From a bacterium (GTDB lineage Bacteria; SAR324; XYD2-FULL-50-16), in contig JAVVEA010000027.1 of NCBI GenBank assembly GCA_032250835.1, positions 1 through 10,445 of the forward strand: DNA of 10,445 bases, written 5' to 3'. The translations under genes and the position numbers were made by a program. This document shows positions 7,317-10,445 of the stretch, piece after piece; position 1 is the first letter of the stretch; the number at the start of each line of letters is the position of its first letter. The notes under the pieces were generated by a model. The model ran no database searches. It was not told where the DNA came from and saw nothing but the letters and a program-made list of their open reading frames with translations.

Positions 7317-8741
7317 TCATTGGTGTTTGTATTGCCGGGCGACACCAGACTCAACAGCGGCCTTGAAGACCGCAGCGGCCACGTTTTCGGCCACATGTCG
7401 GTTAAAGACGCTGGGGACAATGTAGTCGGCAACGGGGCGTTCGGTTCTAATTGAGGCAGCAATAGCTTGGGCAGCCGCCATCTTCATCTGCTCATTGATG
7501 CAGCAGGCATAACTGTCTAGGGCACCGCGAAACAAGCCTGGGAAGCACAACACGTTGTTGATTTGGTTTGGGTAGTCGCTTCTGCCGGTGGCCATCACCG
7601 CCACGATTCCCTGGGTTTCCTCGGGCATGATTTCAGGAATCGGGTTCGCCATGGCGAACACAATCGGGTCTTTGGCCATTTTTTTAATGTCCTCAACCTT
7701 CAACAATCCAGGGGCCGAGAGCCCAATAAAGACATCGGCACCCACTAAAGCGTCGGACAAGGACCCTTGTAAATTGGTCGGGTTAGTCCAGTCGGCGTAA
7801 GCGGCTTTGTCTGAATTAAGGCCCTGTCGACCGCGATAGATTGTCCCTTGCCGGTCACAGCCGATAATGTTTTTGACCCCAATGGTCGCCAACATCTCAG
7901 AGCAGGCGGTCCCCGCCGCCCCCACACCAGAAACCACTACCTTGACCTCACCGGCTTCTTTGCCCACCACCTTTAGGGCGTTGATAAAGCCCGCCACGAG
8001 GACGACAGCCGTGCCGTGTTGGTCATCATGAAACACCGGGATGTCCAACTCCTCTTGCAGCCGCCGTTCTATTTCAAAGCACCGCGGAGCCGAGATGTCT
8101 TCTAAGTTGATGCCCCCGAAGCCGGGGGCAATGGCCTTGACGACCCGCACAATCTCGTCGGTATCTTTGGTGTCTAGACAGATGGGGAAGGCATCGACAT
8201 TCCCAAATTCTTTAAACAACATCGCCTTGCCTTCCATCACCGGCATGGCGGCCTCGGGGCCAATATCGCCGAGTCCCAAAACGGCGGTGCCATCGGAGAC
8301 AATGGCCACCATATTTTTCTTGATGGTCAGCTGGTAGGCTTTGGTTTTGTCTTCATGGATGGCCATACAAACCCGCCCCACCCCTGGCGTATAGGCTCTA
8401 GACAATTGCTCGCGGTTTTTAATCGGGATCTTATTGGTCACCTCGATTTTGCCGCCAAGGTGGATCAAAAAGGTGCGGTCCGATAGGTGGAGTACCTTGC
8501 AGCCTTCCAATCCACCCAGCATTTCGGCAATAGTACGACCCGCCTCATAACTTGTGGTCTCGATAGAGATATCGCGGACCATATGGTCCGCCTCAGCGCT
8601 CACCACGTCAATGGCCCCAATCGCCCCATTTTGCTCATGTACCAAGTTGATTACACGGCTCAATACGTCCAGGTCATTTTGTAACTTGAGCCTAACCACA
8701 ATGGAAAAACTGGGGTCTGTTTTGCTATTTTCAAGGGCCAT
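7317..8741 (-). CDS. NAD(P)-dependent malic enzyme with N-terminal ACT domain
   Basis: Motifs AYTPGVG, SDGTAVLGLGDIGP, PVMEGKAMLFKEF, GINLEDI, FHDDQHGTA, GVGAAG, FAMANP and ATGRSDYPNQINNVLCFPG. The first ~85 aa resemble an ACT domain (IVVRLKL...GAIGAIDVV...RDISI). No C-terminal PTA domain. Start reassigned from the track's 8831 to ATG 8741 (474 aa), which has AGGA 5 nt upstream. Cofactor specificity cannot be called by eye. Confidence 0.93.
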   Translation of the reverse strand: MALENSKTDPSFSIVVRLKLQNDLDVLSRVINLVHEQNGAIGAIDVVSAEADHMVRDISIETTSYEAGRTIAEMLGGLEGCKVLHLSDRTFLIHLGGKIEVTNKIPIKNREQLSRAYTPGVGRVCMAIHEDKTKAYQLTIKKNMVAIVSDGTAVLGLGDIGPEAAMPVMEGKAMLFKEFGNVDAFPICLDTKDTDEIVRVVKAIAPGFGGINLEDISAPRCFEIERRLQEELDIPVFHDDQHGTAVVLVAGFINALKVVGKEAGEVKVVVSGVGAAGTACSEMLATIGVKNIIGCDRQGTIYRGRQGLNSDKAAYADWTNPTNLQGSLSDALVGADVFIGLSAPGLLKVEDIKKMAKDPIVFAMANPIPEIMPEETQGIVAVMATGRSDYPNQINNVLCFPGLFRGALDSYACCINEQMKMAAAQAIAASIRTERPVADYIVPSVFNRHVAENVAAAVFKAAVESGVARQYKHQ

Positions 8742-8855
8742 GGAATTCCTGGGGGTTATCTGGGGGATTGATCTATTCGACCTATGCGCACCGGACTGGC
8801 CATTAAGGACAGGAAAATTGCGGCGCAGCAAGGGGGCACCGAATCAAACGTAGCT

Positions 8856-9248
8856 TTAGGACTCTTTGGAAAAGCCACACTCGCGCATAAAGCCTTCAAT
8901 TTGCGCCAATTCAATGGGCTTTCGGACAAACAAGTCAGTCCCGTTTTTGAAGCCTCTTAAGATGGCATCGGTTTGAACATGAGTGGTAGAAATGACGATT
9001 GAAGGCTGTGTCACTCCATTGGCACGCTCAAACCCTCTGACTTCTTTGGTCATGTCGTTTGCGTCCATATTGTGGGCATCAACATCCGCAAAGATGACGT
9101 CATAGGGAGTTTTGGCGGCGTAAGCCCGAAAGAAGCGGTCCAGCCCGTTCACGCCGTCTATCGCTACATCCACGTTACCATAACAACCAAAAGCATTTTC
9201 AAGAAGGCGGGTGTTTGCATAGCTATTAGTCACCAAGAGTATGTTCAT
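8856..9248 (-). CDS. Single-domain response regulator (CheY-like receiver), atypical
   Basis: 130 aa receiver pattern: MNILLV (beta1), PYDVIFAD (phosphoacceptor D55), IVISTT (beta4 S/T), FVRKP (K110-P111). The acidic pair after beta1 is replaced by Thr-Asn. Confidence 0.82.
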   Translation of the reverse strand: MNILLVTNSYANTRLLENAFGCYGNVDVAIDGVNGLDRFFRAYAAKTPYDVIFADVDAHNMDANDMTKEVRGFERANGVTQPSIVISTTHVQTDAILRGFKNGTDLFVRKPIELAQIEGFMRECGFSKES

Positions 9249-9445
9249 AGACCTCTAAAATGGGGCGGGCTGGGAAAACAGGTAAATCAAAGTTCAAAGT
9301 ATTCCTAATTTTCTAAGTTGCCTACCCGAATCCGCGCAAGAGACCCCGACCCTCATCTAAGCCCAATGGGCCGCAAGAATCCTTTGGCTGAGCGTAAACC
9401 AATGACGGACTAAAATCCAGGCAATGTGGGTTGGTTCTGGCAAGC

Positions 9446-10207
9446 TCAAGCCTGAAGTTGATTGGTAGACCTACCTTTATCGGTCAGGACCTCTCTCAGG
9501 AGGGCCGTCAATTCCTTTCCGGCCATTTGGATTGCGTGATGGAAATGGATGTCTCGGTCGTTGAAGTCATCATAAAAGTAATAGAGTCCTCCAATCGCCT
9601 CGTAGTATTCTTCGTGCATGGTATACATATTCCGGCTCTTATCCAGTAATTGCTTTGCCCTGGCAAACCAACGAGTTGATTGTTCACTTTTGCCAACACA
9701 GGCCTCGTATTTAATGCCCGCTAACGTGTGGCTTACACCTGCGTAAAAAGGAGTGAATAGGAGCGGCGACTGGAATTTCTCATAGAGGTCGTCAAATCGT
9801 TCTATCAAGCCTTCTAATTCGGCTGCGGCCGTACCCTTATCTTCTTGATCGTTTATTACTGGTTCTTCCTTCGGCGCTCGCGTGGTTTCACTTGTTTGTA
9901 TCTTCGTCGACACTTCCTTGGGTTGCGCCCCAGTGCCTACTGCGTCTGAGAACTCTGGACATTTCCGCAGTTTGATTTGCAAGCTTTTGTAATCGATCAG
10001 TACCTTTAAACCATTCAACTGGTTGCTGATTGGAAAATAGTGCAATTCCAGCAACTGATTCAACTGATCAACAAAGAATTGATCACAATCTTGACCGGAA
10101 GACCCACCATCTGGCTTTGCACCGCCTGGACCCGGATCGATTTGACTTCCTGCTTCGTCACTTGTTTTTTTCGTGTCTTGATTCGTCCCAATCAATTTCT
10201 TCAGCAA
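9446..10207 (-). CDS. Hypothetical protein; start uncertain, possibly the C-terminal part of a larger interrupted gene
   Basis: 253-aa ORF from a TTG with no evident SD. Helical-looking segments with two polar low-complexity inserts and an aromatic/acidic C-terminal block (YYEAIGGLYYFYDDFNDRDIHFHHAIQMAG). The frame stays open to 10405. Confidence 0.62.
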   Translation of the reverse strand: MLKKLIGTNQDTKKTSDEAGSQIDPGPGGAKPDGGSSGQDCDQFFVDQLNQLLELHYFPISNQLNGLKVLIDYKSLQIKLRKCPEFSDAVGTGAQPKEVSTKIQTSETTRAPKEEPVINDQEDKGTAAAELEGLIERFDDLYEKFQSPLLFTPFYAGVSHTLAGIKYEACVGKSEQSTRWFARAKQLLDKSRNMYTMHEEYYEAIGGLYYFYDDFNDRDIHFHHAIQMAGKELTALLREVLTDKGRSTNQLQA

Positions 10208-10445
10208 TTCTGCAAATTCATCGATTGTTGGCCCTAGCCGGCATTCCTTGCAGGAATTTTTTTGTTGTTCTGAGTTTTCATGCTTTTGGCAAACTAGCGA
10301 ACAAGCAGCCAGCCCAAGCGAGCAACAAAGGGTAGCCGCCTCGACCGGAAGGTCAACGCCGATATGGTACTTATAGTGGACCGAAAAGTTCAGACAAAAT
10401 TTGAATTAGGCGTTATTTCTGAATTGCGGTAACGAACCTCGATTT

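Noticed and set aside
7097-7462. ORFs 7097-7462 (-) and 7133-7315 (+) in the tRNA to malic enzyme gap
   Set aside because: The first overlaps the malic enzyme 3' end out of frame. Neither has a clear SD or protein-like motifs.
8742-8831. 30-aa N-terminal extension of the malic enzyme in the ORF track
   Set aside because: It starts at a TTG and does not look like part of the domain. ATG 8741 has an SD-like AGGA and begins just before the ACT domain.

Overview
Bacterial chromosomal window, mostly mid-to-high GC with a visibly more AT-rich right end. The left half is a co-oriented minus-strand run: PilZ-domain protein, class III fructose-1,6-bisphosphatase (catalytic motifs intact), a full-length GlpX (class II FBPase) homologue with most active-site motifs replaced, a membrane-anchored divergent polysaccharide deacetylase, and the 5' end of a fliG with no fliF upstream (missed by the ORF track). 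Divergent from this run are a methyl-accepting chemotaxis protein and tRNA-Pro(GGG). The tRNA has a sigma70-type promoter embedded in a 43-bp palindrome, and its 3' half is exactly duplicated (63 bp) just downstream. The right side carries minus-strand genes for an ACT-domain malic enzyme, an atypical single-domain receiver protein and a hypothetical protein with an unclear, possibly broken 5' end. The best candidate for undescribed biology is the apparent GlpX pseudoenzyme encoded 8 bp from an intact, non-homologous class III FBPase. All family calls are by motif recognition; no searches were run.
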